A stretch of DNA of 64,000 nt from Stegostoma tigrinum. Its lineage: Eukaryota. Both the position numbers and the translations under genes were made by a program. The stretch spans positions 76,831,222 through 76,895,221 of the forward strand of contig NC_081354.1 in NCBI RefSeq assembly GCF_030684315.1. Reading direction: 5' to 3'. The notes under the pieces were generated by a model that ran no database searches, had not been told where the DNA came from, and was given only the letters and a program-made list of their open reading frames with translations. Of the stretch, positions 1 to 11,826 are shown piece by piece (position 1 is the stretch's first letter; every line of letters starts with the position of its first letter).

Positions 1-520
1 AACTATATGTTGTGGATCAAATCAGGGATCAGGAAACGTTTGATAACGAGGCAAGTTCAATACATGATCGCAGAGTAAAACAATTCCTAGGAAACAGTGA
101 CCATAACATGGTAGAATTTAATATTCAGTTTGAGAATGAGAAACTTGGGTTGGAAGCAACTGTGCTAAGTGTTCCTAAAGGTAATTGCATAGGAATGAGG
201 AGAGAGTTAAGTGGAGCAGACTGGGAACAGGGTTTAGCAGAATAAATGGATGAGGACCAGTTATAGATATTTCACAAGACTAACAACAAAGACTTATCGC
301 ATTGAGGAAGGAGGTTTCTCAGTAGGGGATAAACTGACCATGGTTAACCGGGGAAGTTCAAGGTGGCTCCAAATTGAAAGAAAAAGGTATACAATATGAC
401 AAATTTTAGAGGTCATATAGAGGAGTGGGATAGTTTTAAAAGCTAACAGAATTTAACTAAGAAATAATGAGAGAGAAAATAAACAGAGGGTAAATGAGCA
501 ACAAATATTAAGACACCCAA

Positions 521-873
521 GGGAGGCAATGGCCTACCAGTATTATCGCTGGATTGTTAATCCAGAGACCCAGATAACATTCTGTGGGCTCGGGTTTGAA
601 TCCTGCCGCGGCAGATGGTGGAAGTTGAATTTAATAAAATATCTGGAATTAAGAATCTAATGATGACCGTGAATCCATTGTCGATTGTTGGAAAAGCCCA
701 CCTGGTTCACCAATGTCCTTTAGGGCAGGAAATTGCCATCCTTACCTGGTCTGGCCTACATGTGACTCCAAACCCACAGAAATGTGGTTAACTCTGAACC
801 ACCCTCTGGGCAATTAGGGATGGGCAATAAATGTTGCCTAGCCAGTGACATCCTCATCCCCTTAATGAATAAA
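521..873 (+). mobile_element. tRNA-derived SINE with a LINE-derived 3' tail, inserted in the CR1
   Basis: Box-B-like gggtttgaatcct at ~592-604. The tail gggatgggcaataaatg...catcccc/ttaatgaataaa matches the LINE 3' end at 39155-39212. Confidence 0.8.
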
Positions 874-2000
874 GGAAGAGCTTCTTTAAATGTATAAATA
901 GGGAAAGAGGGGCCAAAGTGAATGTAGGCCCTTAGAGATTGAGGTTGATGGAACAGTTATAGGGAAATGCAGAGAAGTTGAATAATTAATTTGCATCAGT
1001 CTTCACAATAGAGTACACTAATAGCATTGCAAAAATACTGAATAGGCCAGGGACAAGAGGAGGACAGGAAATAATTACAATAACTAACTGGAGAAACTAA
1101 TGGGGTTTAAAACTGATGTATCTGCTGATGGCCCAGCATACGAAAGGAAGTAGTCTCAGAGACAGTGAATGCACAGGACATAATCTTCTTGCATTCCTTA
1201 CCCCATAATGTTGGAGGCGTGGATAGAGGATTGACTCACTAAAAGAAGACAGAGAGCTGGGATCAGTTTTGGCAGGGGGGTGGGGAGTGGCCTTTCAGAA
1301 TGGCAACCTGTAACTGATGGAGTGCCACAGGGATCAGAGCTGGAGCCATAATTATTTACTATCTATATTCATGACTTGGATGAGAATGTTGATGTACTAA
1401 AGCCAAATGTGCAAATGACACAAAGTTGGGAAGGCAAGTAGTGAGGATGGTGTAAAGGGGTTTAAACAGGTTAAGTGGGTGGGCGGAAACTTGGCAGATG
1501 CAGCATAATGTGGGAAAATGTGAGACTAGGCACTTGAGCAGGAGGAATAGAGGAGCTGAATATTATTTAAATAGGCAAGATGGAAGAAAGCTGCAACGCA
1601 GAAGAACTTGAGAGTCCTTACACATAAATCACAAAAAAAAGGTTAACAAACAAGTTCAGCAAGAAATCAGGAAAGTCAAATAGAACATTGGCCTTTATTT
1701 CAAAGGGAATGGAGTCTAAAAATAGGGAGAGATCTTACTAAAACTTTGCAAGGCACTATCAGACCACACCTAGAACGCTGTGAACACTTTGGTCCCCTTG
1801 TCTTTGGAAGGATTTACTGGCATTAAAGGCAATCTACAGAAAGTTTGTGAGGTTGATCCCAGACACGGGAGGGATCTTTTTATAAGGAGATGTTGAGTAA
1901 TTTCGGTCAGTACTTGCCAGAGTTTAGCAAAATGAGAGAAGGGCTTTTTTGCAAAGTACAAGATTCTTAGAAGACTTGATAGGGTAGATGTGAAAAGGTT

Positions 2001-2097
2001 TTTCTGAAGAAGGGTCCCAACCTGAAACGTCAGCTTTCCTGCTCCTCTGATGCTGCCTGGCCTGCTGTGTTCCTCCAACTCCACACCTTGTTATCTC
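2001..2097 (+). mobile_element. Solo ~97-bp PLE pseudo-LTR end carrying a hammerhead motif, inserted in the CR1
   Basis: Homologous to the 3' end of the PLEs at 25856-25950. Flanked by a 12-bp TSD with one mismatch: tgtgaaaaggtt (1989-2000) and tgtgaaagggtt (2098-2109). Confidence 0.85.
2004..2031 (+). ncRNA. Minimal type I hammerhead ribozyme motif, core intact
   Basis: CUGAAGA-A-GGGU(CCCA)ACCU-GAAAC-GUC. Stem I is very short. Confidence 0.7.
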
Positions 2098-2261
2098 TGT
2101 GAAAGGGTTGTTTCCCTTTTTGCGAGAGTCTATGGCCGGAGGGCATAATCTTTGAGTAATGTACAGCTCATTTAGGACAGAGATGAGGAATTTCTTCTCT
2201 CAGTGGGTAGTGATCTGTGGGATTCTTTATTGCAGCAAACTGTAGCAGCTGGATTATTAAC

Positions 2262-2855
2262 ATTGAAACATAGGAAATAAGAGCAGCAATAGGCCATTTG
2301 GCCCTTTGAGACTGCTCTGCCATTCAGTGCGATCATGGCCAATCATCAAACTCAGTTCCAGCTTTCTCTCCAAACTGTTTGAATCCTTTAGCCCTAAGAG
2401 GTAAACTCCTTCTTGAAAACGTTCAATGTTTTGGCCTCAACCGTTTTCTTTGACAGAGAATTCCACAGGTTCACCAGTCTCTGGATGAAGACATTTCTTC
2501 TCATCTCAGTCCTAATTGGCCTAACTCATATCCTTAGACTGTGACGCCTTGTTCTAGACTCCTTCATCATCGGAAACATCCTTCCTGTGTTTACCCCACT
2601 AGTACTATTCAAATCTTTTAGGTTTCTGTGAGAGTCCCTCATTCTTCTAAACTCCACCGAATATAGTCTTAACTGATCCAGACTCTCTTCATATGTCAGG
2701 CCTGCCATCTAAGTAATCAGTCTGGTAAACTTTTGTTGCACTCCTCCATTGCCAGAACTTCCTTCTGCAGATAAGGACACCAAAACTGCACGCAATATTC
2801 CTGATTTGGTCTCACCAAGATCCTGTAAAATTGCAGAAAGACTCTCTCCTCTGTG
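2262..2855 (-). mobile_element. CR1 LINE 3' fragment nested in the opposite orientation within the + strand CR1
   Basis: ORF 2526..2708 (LTYEESLDQLRLYSVEFRRMR...SRTRRHSLRI) is the CR1 ORF2 C-terminus. The host CR1 resumes at ~2856. Confidence 0.85.
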
Positions 2856-3117
2856 TATTAAGTATATTCAAGGCTGAGATCAACAGATCTGTAATCAGGA
2901 AGGGAATCAAGTGTTATGAGGAAAAGGCAGGAAAGTGGAGTTGAGGATTATTAGCTCAGCCATGATCTCACTGAATAGTGAGCATACTCAACGGGCTGAG
3001 TGGCCTAATTCTGGCTCTATCTCTTAATTTGTGTCTTCATGTAGATCACCAGGTGTAAGATATGAGTAAGGCCATTTACAGATGTTCTCCTTCCTTGTAT
3101 TAACATTAAGTTTTAAT

Positions 3118-4168
3118 ATTCTGAGAAAATGATAATATTTTGACTATCGTGGCCTTTGGACGTTTCTGGCTGGATAATTGCTGACCTTGTTGGAATGCTA
3201 CATGCCTGCCTCCTGGGAGCCCTGGTAATGTATATTCATTATAATATACTGACCTTGGGACCCGTACTGAGGCTGAAATGGATATCAGCCACAAAGCTAA
3301 TAATATTTTTTTCCTTTCGTGGTTTCCTCTGATTAGACAATCTGTTGGAGAAATGTGAGGAATGCATCACAAATCCAGAAACCAGTATGACTAGGATCTG
3401 CTTGCCATAGGGGATGATTTCCCTTGTCATTGAGATCAAAGTCTACTGCTGTACTAGTACTGCCTTTATGGAAGGCTACTGTAATTAGCTATGTCAGCTG
3501 GTATTCAGATTCAGCTCAAGTACACATCTCCCTAAACTGGCTGAACATTCTGCAACGTTTATTCATTTCCTTAGAATACATTTTAGTTTGGAGAATCCTC
3601 CTGGAAAGACACTTTTTTTCCTGAAGCCAGGATTAGGTTTTTACTATTGCAATTAACAGGACATTATTGTTAAGTGATGATTGCAACAGCATCCTACAGC
3701 ATGGTACAGTAACAAGTGTTGCTTTTTATTCTATTAATCTAAGCCTGTGTTAACCTTCACATAATCTGTATACCATTCAGAGGAAGGGGATGACGGAAGC
3801 CATTTTATCAAATGGTGACCTAATTTATATAGGTGCACATTGACCAGCAAACAGTTTCTTATATCTTCGCTTATACTTTTAATGTTTTTGCGTACCAAAT
3901 GCTGAACAGGTTTTAATTTGTGTTACTTTGTAGATGGCCAGATTGTCTGCCTTCTTAGCCTTATTCTAAAGTTTGCGTTTTCTGAGAAAATGATAAAGCC
4001 TGGCTACCACAGCCTTTGGACTATTCTGGCTGAGTAATTACTAAACTCTGTAGCGTGGTACACGCCTGTCTCCTGGAGGTCTTGATGCAGTATACTAACT
4101 ATTAAAGAGAGAGATAGTGACCTTGGGCTCCACCTTAATATTGAGCTGAATTGGATAGCAGCTGTAAT
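3118..4168. repeat. Pair of diverged ~180-bp direct repeats (~3118-3295 and ~3979-4168)
   Basis: Colinear shared blocks: ttctgagaaaatgataa, gcctttggac, ttctggctg, taatt, gcctg(c/t)ctcctgg, tgaccttggg, gctgaa(a/t)tggata. Confidence 0.7.
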
Positions 4169-4699
4169 TTGACTTAGTTTTGTTTTAACTAAGCTTTATT
4201 TGAAATGATCAATTTTACTAAGCCATTTTGATGATGATTGAAAACTCATCACTACTGTGCTTTCTGTGTCTGTCATAAAAAAAATCCCCAAAAAGTGGTT
4301 AATGATGTTGCAATAATTGAATGATTCATCATCCATACATAGTTTCTCAGGATGGCCATGAAACGCTCTGTGTGGTTTTTTTCCAGCTCTTACTTGAAAA
4401 CCTCTTTATATTTAAAAATAATAACAAATATATGGATCATTTTAAAAACTAGCTGTGCTCCTCATGATGCACATATGATGCTTAGTGTTCTAAAGAAAGA
4501 TTCAGAACGAGGTACATTCTGAAGGCAATTTTCTAAATTTGCCGTCTCAAATTCTATGAGCACGGACTCCTGATTGAATAAACATCCTTATATTGCAATG
4601 ATTTTGAAAAGCATTTTAATATCAGGGAGGTTATAAAATAAACTCTATAGTTAGATACAAAATAAAGAAATTTCTAATATTTCCTCTGCATTAAAGAAT

Positions 4700-4965
4700 T
4701 TAGCTTGCTACATTCAGACAAGCCTTTTACTGTCAAAGCCAATATCAAACAGCCTTTGACAGGAACCACATGAAGGAATATTGAGACAGGTGATCAAACA
4801 CTATACAGAATATTTAGGTCTTAAGGAGCAGTTTAAATTCCAGAGCTTAAGGCCAGGCAGCTGAGGCACAGCTGCCAATAGTGAAGCAATGACAATCCAG
4901 AAAGTACAAGAGGCCAAAATTGGTAGAGCACATAGATTGAAGGGGTGCAGGGCTAGAGGCGTTAA
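4700..4965 (-). mobile_element. Old L2-like LINE 3' fragment
   Basis: Reverse-complement similarity to the + strand copy at 6085-6440 (e.g. ggccaggcagctgaggc vs gccttcagctgcccaggcc; tacaagaggccaaaattggta). Confidence 0.6.
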
Positions 4966-4989
4966 TGTAGTTTATTATTTTCTGACTTT

Positions 4990-5720
4990 TTACCAATCTG
5001 TGCCTGAAAAATTTCTTTACACTGGTCTTCCAGTCTATCTGATGTATCAATAGGATTTCACAGCCTAACAGTTATTAAAATCCTGGGATCAGCTATATAT
5101 GTGCGTGCCGTTGTCATCTGGCGAAAGAACTATCAGACTATGTTGACCAGTTGCCTAGCAGATGCCGTTCAGCAGCATATCTGAATACATTAACCATATT
5201 ATCCACCATTTCTTCCATATTGACAAATAATACAGTTTTAACCTCTTGTTTGACAGTTATCTGGTTATTATTAGCTTGTGCAGTTTCTTGTATTAGCAGC
5301 TTCACCATCGTTCGTTTCTCCCATTTATATTTCTGGTATTCTGTTACCTGTTTGCAAAAGTGTATTTTCTGTGAAGAACTAGAGTCTGGAGCACGCATGC
5401 GTGGGTGTGAAAGAAAGGGGTACCAGCACAATCTGAAGGCTTCACTTTGAAGTTTTGATACTGAATTAACTTTGAGCCCTGGGAGAAGCTCGGCCAGCAT
5501 CATTGATTCTGCCACAACCAAATAAAACCGTGTGGCCTCCTTAGAAAGCAGCCACAAAGTATAGGCGGAGAGAAAGCGCAAGAAGTGGAAATTCCAGGCG
5601 TAAAGTGTAAAACACAATTGTCTGCAGCATCTAGTCTTAGTTGTTGCAGAACCTTCTGAACTTAGATTGGCTTCAGCAGTCACCTAGGTACCCCACAGAT
5701 TGCCACCAATCACCTCAACT
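4990..5720 (-). mobile_element. Decayed RTE-clade LINE C-terminal region, with an opposite-strand RTE fragment at ~5340-5540
   Basis: The minus strand gives TLYAWNFHFLRFL and RHLLG, resembling RTE 'TLY...FHLRCL...RLRWLGHV'. The plus strand gives IFCEELESGARMRGCERKGYQHNLKASL, resembling RTE 'LYGEL..G.R..GGQ.KRYKD.LKASL'. Confidence 0.6.
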
Positions 5721-6084
5721 GATAACAGTCAAGTTCACTTCAAAGAACAAACGAGGTTCTTGTGAACCTTTGCAATACAGAGGACACTAGCTATTTTAAT
5801 AAGGTTTCCCTTCTGTGACTAATCATCCCTGAAGCCTTTAGTAAAATGTGTAAATCGGGGTTTAGGTTTTAGGTGGTGTCAGTTTCTATTTTTAACAAAC
5901 AGTGAACAAGTTATGAGGAGTGAAAGAAAATACCTTCCTTGTCTCTGAAGGTCCTGATGGGTTTTTTGCTATAATATTCTTTTGCAGTTATTTCCGTCCA
6001 TGTCAGCAAACCTTAACTTGTTTCTTGGAATGTAAATTTAAATGTAATATTTCCTGCAGGGTTTCAGCAAAGAAAATTAACATT

Positions 6085-6440
6085 CTCACACTTGCTGTGG
6101 TCTGGCAACATCTTGATTTTAAATTTGCATCCCTTGTTTTCAAATTCCTGAATGATCTTACCCTTCCGTAACTCTGTAACCTTCTCCAGCCCAACAACAC
6201 TTCACATCTTTGTGCTGTACCAATTTTGGCCTCTTGTACTTCCTGGATTGTCATCACTTCACGATTGGCAGCCGGGCCTTCAGCTGCCCAGGCCTTAAAC
6301 TCTGGAATTAAGCTGCTCCCTAAGGCTAGCCAGTGTTTGATCACCTGTCTCAATATCCCTTCATGTGGTTTTGTGTCGGATGTTGTTTGATAATGCTCTT
6401 GAGATACACCGTGTGACAATTTGAAGAAGTCGTTGTTCTT
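6085..6440 (+). mobile_element. Old L2-like LINE 3' end
   Basis: DFKFASLVFKFLNDLTLP-type L2 C-terminus, followed by gccttcagctgcccaggccttaaactctggaat (AFS...P.LWN). Confidence 0.65.
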
Positions 6441-6536
6441 TGATCTGGTAATGAACTGGCTGTCCTGTTCTCCAATTAATTAAAATCTTGAGGTATTGAA
6501 AATTCCACATCTATGAAAGCATTTAGAGCTCATTCA

Positions 6537-6890
6537 GGGGCAACATGGGTGGCTAAGTGCTTAGCACTGCTGCGTCACAGCACCAGAGACCTGGGTTCAG
6601 TCCTGACCTCGGTTGACTGTCTGTGCGGAGTTTGCAGTTTTCCCCATGTCTGTGTGGGTTTCCTCTGGGTGCTCCAGTTTCCTTCCACAGTCCAAAGATG
6701 TGCAAGTTAGGTGGATTGGCCATGATTGATTGCCCATATTGTTCAGGGATGTGTAGGTTAGGTGCATTGGCCACAGGAAATGCAGGGTTACAAGGATAGG
6801 GTAGGGGGGTGGGTCTGGGTTGGCTGCTGTTCAGAGGGTTGGTATGATTCTCAGCATTTGATGGACTGGTTCTCTTCCTGCCCATAGTGA
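6537..6890 (+). mobile_element. HE1-like V-SINE (tRNA-derived)
   Basis: tRNA-like head (gtggctaagtgcttagcactg...gggttcagtcc), V-domain (gagtttgca..ttccccatgtctgtgtgggtttcctctgggtgctccagtttccttccacagtccaaagatgtgca) and CR1-derived tail. Confidence 0.85.
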
Positions 6891-7604
6891 ACTAACTTTG
6901 TTTGCTTGAGAGCATTTCAAGTAACTGCTGTTGCTGAACGAAAAGATTTCAGAGTCAAGTGCAATTTCTGTATGAAGACCTCAAATTGAATATTATTTCA
7001 GAAGTTTATTTTTTTAATTCATTTGTTTATCTATCTGCTTTCCTGAACCCAATGCAGTCTCATTACTTGGTTCAGAAGGCTAGGAAATTCTATCCCAGCA
7101 GTGGAACTGGATGCAGAATGGAGGGGGCTGCCTGTTTACTTTATTTCACCGTAGCTTGGGGCAGACACACATCAGAGCCATGGCCAGGGAACGTGGCCAT
7201 TCAGTTCCATTTGGGCCATCCAAGTAGCCAGCTTGACTTTTCTGGTTGCTATTTTATTTTTTTTTAAAACTCACTTTTCCGAGGAGAACCTCTGTCCAAG
7301 ACCAACCTGCTTCAGTAAGACAGGCCACACAGCTGACAAGAACCCAAAGCTGTTGGCCATCAAATTGGTTTAGCAATATTCAAGAATCTACGGACTGTGA
7401 GTCCCGAGGCAGCCAATTAGAAGGTTGTTTGTAGTAAAGTCACTTCGCTGGTCAGATTCCCAATGAGTGCAGTCAAACCTAATGTCAGAATCCTGAAACC
7501 TGCATGAAACCCCCACTACTGTGTGTCAAGAATAGCCGAAACTTTTACTGCAATTGTTTGCAAAGTAATTTTTTTCCCTGATTAATCTTAAAGAAATTTG
7601 TAAG

Positions 7605-8370
7605 AAACCCAGGCAGTGGATTACTTGGCAGGAAGAATAACCAAGTAACTTATTATATAAATGTTGAGAGATTGTAGAGGTCTGAGATGTAGAGGAATCT
7701 GGGTGTCATAGTGCATGAATCAAAAAAGGTTAGTGTGCACAATAAGAAAGTAATTAGAAAGTTAACAATATTATCAATTATAGAGAACATAAAACAGAGA
7801 AGTTATGCTTCAGTTATGCAAGGCCCTGTGAGACCATTGTCTGAAATTCTGTACTTAATATTGATCTCCTTATTTCAGGAAAGATGTAAATACATTGGAA
7901 GCAGTACAGAGGAGGTTTACCAAACTGATTGATGGACTGAATGGGTTCTTTTATGAGGAAAAGGTGGACATGCTAGGATTGTATCCATTGGAGTTTAGAA
8001 GATTACTTGAAACATAACAGATCTTGAGTAGTCTTGACAAGTAGATGCAGAAAGGACGTTTCCCTTTACAGGAGAATCAAGAACTGTGGGTCACTGTTTA
8101 AAGATCAGGGTAATTCATTTAAAACAGAGATAAAGTATTTGTTTTTCTCTCTGAGGTTTGTGAGTGTTTGGAACACCCTGCTTGAAAATGCAAATACATG
8201 AATATTCTTAATACAGAGGCAGAGAGATTCTTGTTAAGCAAGAGGGTGAAAGGTTATCACTGGTAGGTGGAAATGTGGATTTGAGGTTACAGTCATGATC
8301 TTATTGAATGGTAGGGCAGGTTCAAGAGACAAACTGGACTACTCCTGCTCCCTGCTGGTATATTCAAATG
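7605..8370 (+). mobile_element. Decayed CR1 LINE 3' region
   Basis: Motifs equivalent to RDLGV.VHES, LVRP.LEY and LEFRR, followed by a CR1 3' UTR ending ggactactcctgctccc. Confidence 0.75.
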
Positions 8371-8597
8371 TAGTGAGTGGACCAACAGCTAAGTATACTC
8401 TATTACAAATTATGGGCTTATCCCTTTTCTAGTTTAACTTTCCATTGCCCAAAATCCATTTGCAGAATGGAGTGTCACAAAGCTGTCATACTGAAATCTT
8501 CATAAATTGTAACCTTTCGCACAATCTCTGAAAAATGACCTGTTTGATAATTTATTGCAATGAAACCATGTAATTGTTATGTTGCCAGGTAACTGTG

Positions 8598-9405
8598 ATA
8601 AGAACATAAGAACACAAGAACCAGGAGCAGGAGTAGGCCATCTGACCCCTGGAACCTGCCCCGCCATTTAATAAGATCACGGTTGATCTTTTTGAGACTC
8701 ATCTCCACTTAGCCGCGCACTCACCATAACCCTTAATTCCTTTACTGTTCAAAAATTTATCTAGCCTTGCCTTAAGCACATTCAGTGAGGTAGCTTCAAC
8801 CACTTCACCGGGCAGGGAATTCCACAGATTCACAGCCCTTTGGGAGAAGTTCCTCCTGACCTCAGTCCTACATCTGCTTCCCTTTATTTTTAGGCGATGC
8901 TCTCTAGTCCTAGTTTCACCTGCTTGCGGAAACAACCTCCCTGCCTCCCCCTTATCTATTGCCTTCATAATCTTATATGTTTCTATAAAATCTCCCCTCA
9001 TTCTTCTGAATTCCAATGAGTATAATCCCAGTCTATTCAGTCTCTCCCCATAGTCCAACCCTCTCAATTCTGGAATCTACCGAGTGAATCTCCTCTGCAC
9101 CCCCTCCAGTGTTAGTATATCCCTTCTCAAGTAAGGAGACCAAAACTGCACACAGTACTCCAGGTGTGGCCTCACCAGGACCCTACGCAGGTGCAGCGTA
9201 GCCTCCCTGTTTTTAAACTCCATCCCTCTAGCAATGGCAGACAAAATTCCATTTGCCTTTTTAATTACATGCTGCACCTGCAATCCTATTTTTAGCGATT
9301 CATGCACAAAGACACCCAAGTCCCTCTGCACAGCAGTGTGCTGCGATTTTTTACCATTTAGAACATAATCCATTTTGCTGTTATTCCGACCAGAATGGAT
9401 GATGA
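8598..9405 (-). mobile_element. Relatively young CR1 (HER1-like) LINE 3' fragment
   Basis: ORFs 9077..9373 (RDLGVFVHESLK...LVRPHLEYCVQFWSPY) and 8699..9067 (RLGLYSLEFRRMRGD...VNLWNSLP), with a short repeat tail at ~8598-8620. Confidence 0.9.
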
Positions 9406-10914
9406 TGATCGTTCAAGAAAGTTTTATGCCACAAATGCATACCCATTGAGAGCTGGCTTGACACCGTTTAAATCATTTTACATAAGTCTCTAAAAGCCAG
9501 GAGGGTACCACAAGATCTTTTAGACCTAACTTACAATAACCCCTTTCAGTTGTACAGCCTTCCAAGATGATTGCACCCATCCAGTTTTGAGGCACTGAAT
9601 TTTATCACTGCAGTCTGAGGAACCAGACTTTCAGCTGCCAGGACCCAAAGCCCTGACGTTCCCTCCCTGTGCCTCTCTGTCCCTTTCTCTCATCTTGAGC
9701 CTATCATCTTCTGAATCAGCAACAATGTTATCACTAAAACAAAATAAGATTGATGTATGTAGATCGTTGCAGAAGTTTATAGACTTCGGTAGTTTGAATT
9801 TTTGGGAGGGGTGTCTTGAGGGATTTTTAATAAATGACTTAAGGTCTATTTCAGACGGACCTAGGGTTGAGTATCTTATTGCACTGTTGGACCTGTGCAC
9901 TGGTTATCTCGCTGAGGTCAAGGAACCTTTCATTGGCTTAAAATGGATTTGGTTTCAAACATGCATTGAGTCCTATAGATTTTATTGAGTCTCCTAGATG
10001 TACATGATTATGTTTACATGATAACAGGGCTCATATCTTCAGTGACGCCTGCGATTAAATTAATGAGAATGTATCCTACAAACTGAATTATTATCAGTTA
10101 TTTCCTCTGGATTGCAGTCTTTGCATTTTCCACTCCTCCCATACATTAGATGGTTAATGGAACTTCTAATGTTATTTTTGATCTTGCTACCAATCCCTTA
10201 AATGTTTTAATTCCTCAGGCATTCTGTCACTCCACATTTTGTTTCCATGGAATTTTGTTTTAGCTTTCCTAGGGTTGCTTGTAGAACTTGAAGACACTCC
10301 CATTGTCTGGTCATGGAACATTGGTCATGCTATTGTCATTTTTGTTTATTTTTACCTTTATCTTCCTCATTCCCTGCTGTTTAAACATCCACTCACCTCA
10401 AAATGCCCTTTGCATTCAGTACATTATGTTATATCATTTCCACTTGTGTTCCTCAGCAACCTCATCTAAAAACGAAGAAGCTCTGAAGCAAATGTGCATT
10501 TTGGCATAAATGAAAAATTTTAGTGCAGAAGAGGCTGGAGACTGGCTAATCTTATTACTGCAGCATCAAATTATTTTTTGCCAAATAGTTTATTGTCTCC
10601 TAGGTCTGAAGGAAATCACCTCCAGACATACATATTTGGGTGTGGTGCAGTGTCAGTCCCTAGTGTGTCCATAAACAAAAGATGTGACAGAAACTGTACA
10701 CAGTTTTCTACTTTATTTCCACGTCCATTATTTGGTTTTCCTTTAGTCCCGTTCAGAAGCACCTCTGGGTGATGATGTTTCTTTTGCTCCTAATTCATCA
10801 GAACTTTTGCCTGTGTCCAAATAGCATGAGAGGTGAATAGGCAGGAAGTTGCAGTTAAAGATATTTGCATATTTTAATCTACTATGGGTTTACCACTCAA
10901 ATGAAGAAACCGAT

Positions 10915-11040
10915 CATCTGCAAAAGCTGTGGTTGCTGGAAATCTGAAATCGTAACAAAAAAGGCTGCACATACCCATTAGGTCATGCAACTTCAATGGA
11001 GAGAGAAACAGTTAATTTTTCAGTTCTGTGACCTCTCATT
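10915..11040 (-). mobile_element. Very old PLE pseudo-LTR-like remnant (second subfamily)
   Basis: Reverse complement resembles the 22632 and 60480 copies (tttcagatttccagca..., ctgtttctctctcc). Confidence 0.4.
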
Positions 11041-11803
11041 ATTGCTGCTATCTATTTTGGACAAGTGTCCTGGCACCAACTGAACAATGCTAAGTAGAGA
11101 TGCACGTTATTAAGTGCCAGGTAAATTTGGTAATAAGTAGTAATTTCTGGAGAAAAATTCCTCAAAGGTTTGAGATACTGGAATTCCAAATTTTAAGAAA
11201 TTGTAAATTGAATTCAGTTGCTAATCATGAGTCATGCTGACACCATCATTAGGGCTTTACATTCAGCCTGCTTTAATGTTGTGACAATTAGATGAGGAAT
11301 GAAGGGAATCTTAAATTACACCAGAAGGATTAATTTGCAGATCCTTTGCTTATGAGTGAGCAATGCCATAGTGTTTTTGATTGTGAAGATTTACACCATG
11401 ATTCACAAGAATTGGTTTTCAAACTCAGGTTTTGAATTGGAGCAGCGCACGTTTTGAATTTCAAGCTGCATTCTCAACGTTATTACAATTATTATGTCCA
11501 ATATTCTGCAGCATAAAATAAATCAAACCTTATATTACCTTGAATTTTCAATTCTATCCACATTCCAGTCTGACCTGTACCGTAGCTCCATAATACAGGT
11601 CATGGGTTTGGAGGCACCTGTTGTACTCTTGTCCCTGGGCCTATTGATCCTGACCCCTTTTTCACCTGCAGTAGTGGGGAGGCCCAGGCTAATCAGGTGG
11701 GAGAGCCAGCGTCATGAAAGAAGGGGAGAACTTATTTAGGAGGACCCCTGAACCATTCGAGACATCCTGCCAATCTTGCATCACACGCTGCCCACCACCT
11801 CCG

Positions 11804-11826
11804 CCCCCCCCCCCCCCCCACCCCCG
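11804..11826. repeat. Poly(C) tract within a GC-rich decayed segment
   Basis: Run of about 16 C, then acccccg. Confidence 0.9.

Larger units (their letters stand above)
1..3025 (+). mobile_element. Decayed CR1-type LINE (ORF2 to 3' end), interrupted by three younger insertions (521-873, 2001-2097, ~2262-2855)
   Basis: ORF 12..245 contains GNSDHNMVEFNI (end of the APE endonuclease domain). 1318-1425 encodes degenerate GVPQGS and ANDTK RT motifs. A CR1-type 3' end (aagggaatcaagtgttatgagg...ggctgagtggcctaattctg) lies at 2900-3025. Confidence 0.85.

Noticed and set aside
6537-6620. tRNA-like sequences (also 521, 14136, 36420, 43540, 49333) as tRNA genes
   Set aside because: They are degenerate SINE heads that continue directly into SINE bodies, with no intact cloverleaf.
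11804-11826. Poly(C) tract as a functional G-quadruplex or promoter
   Set aside because: It is a simple homopolymer inside a probable decayed repeat, with no CpG island or other promoter evidence.
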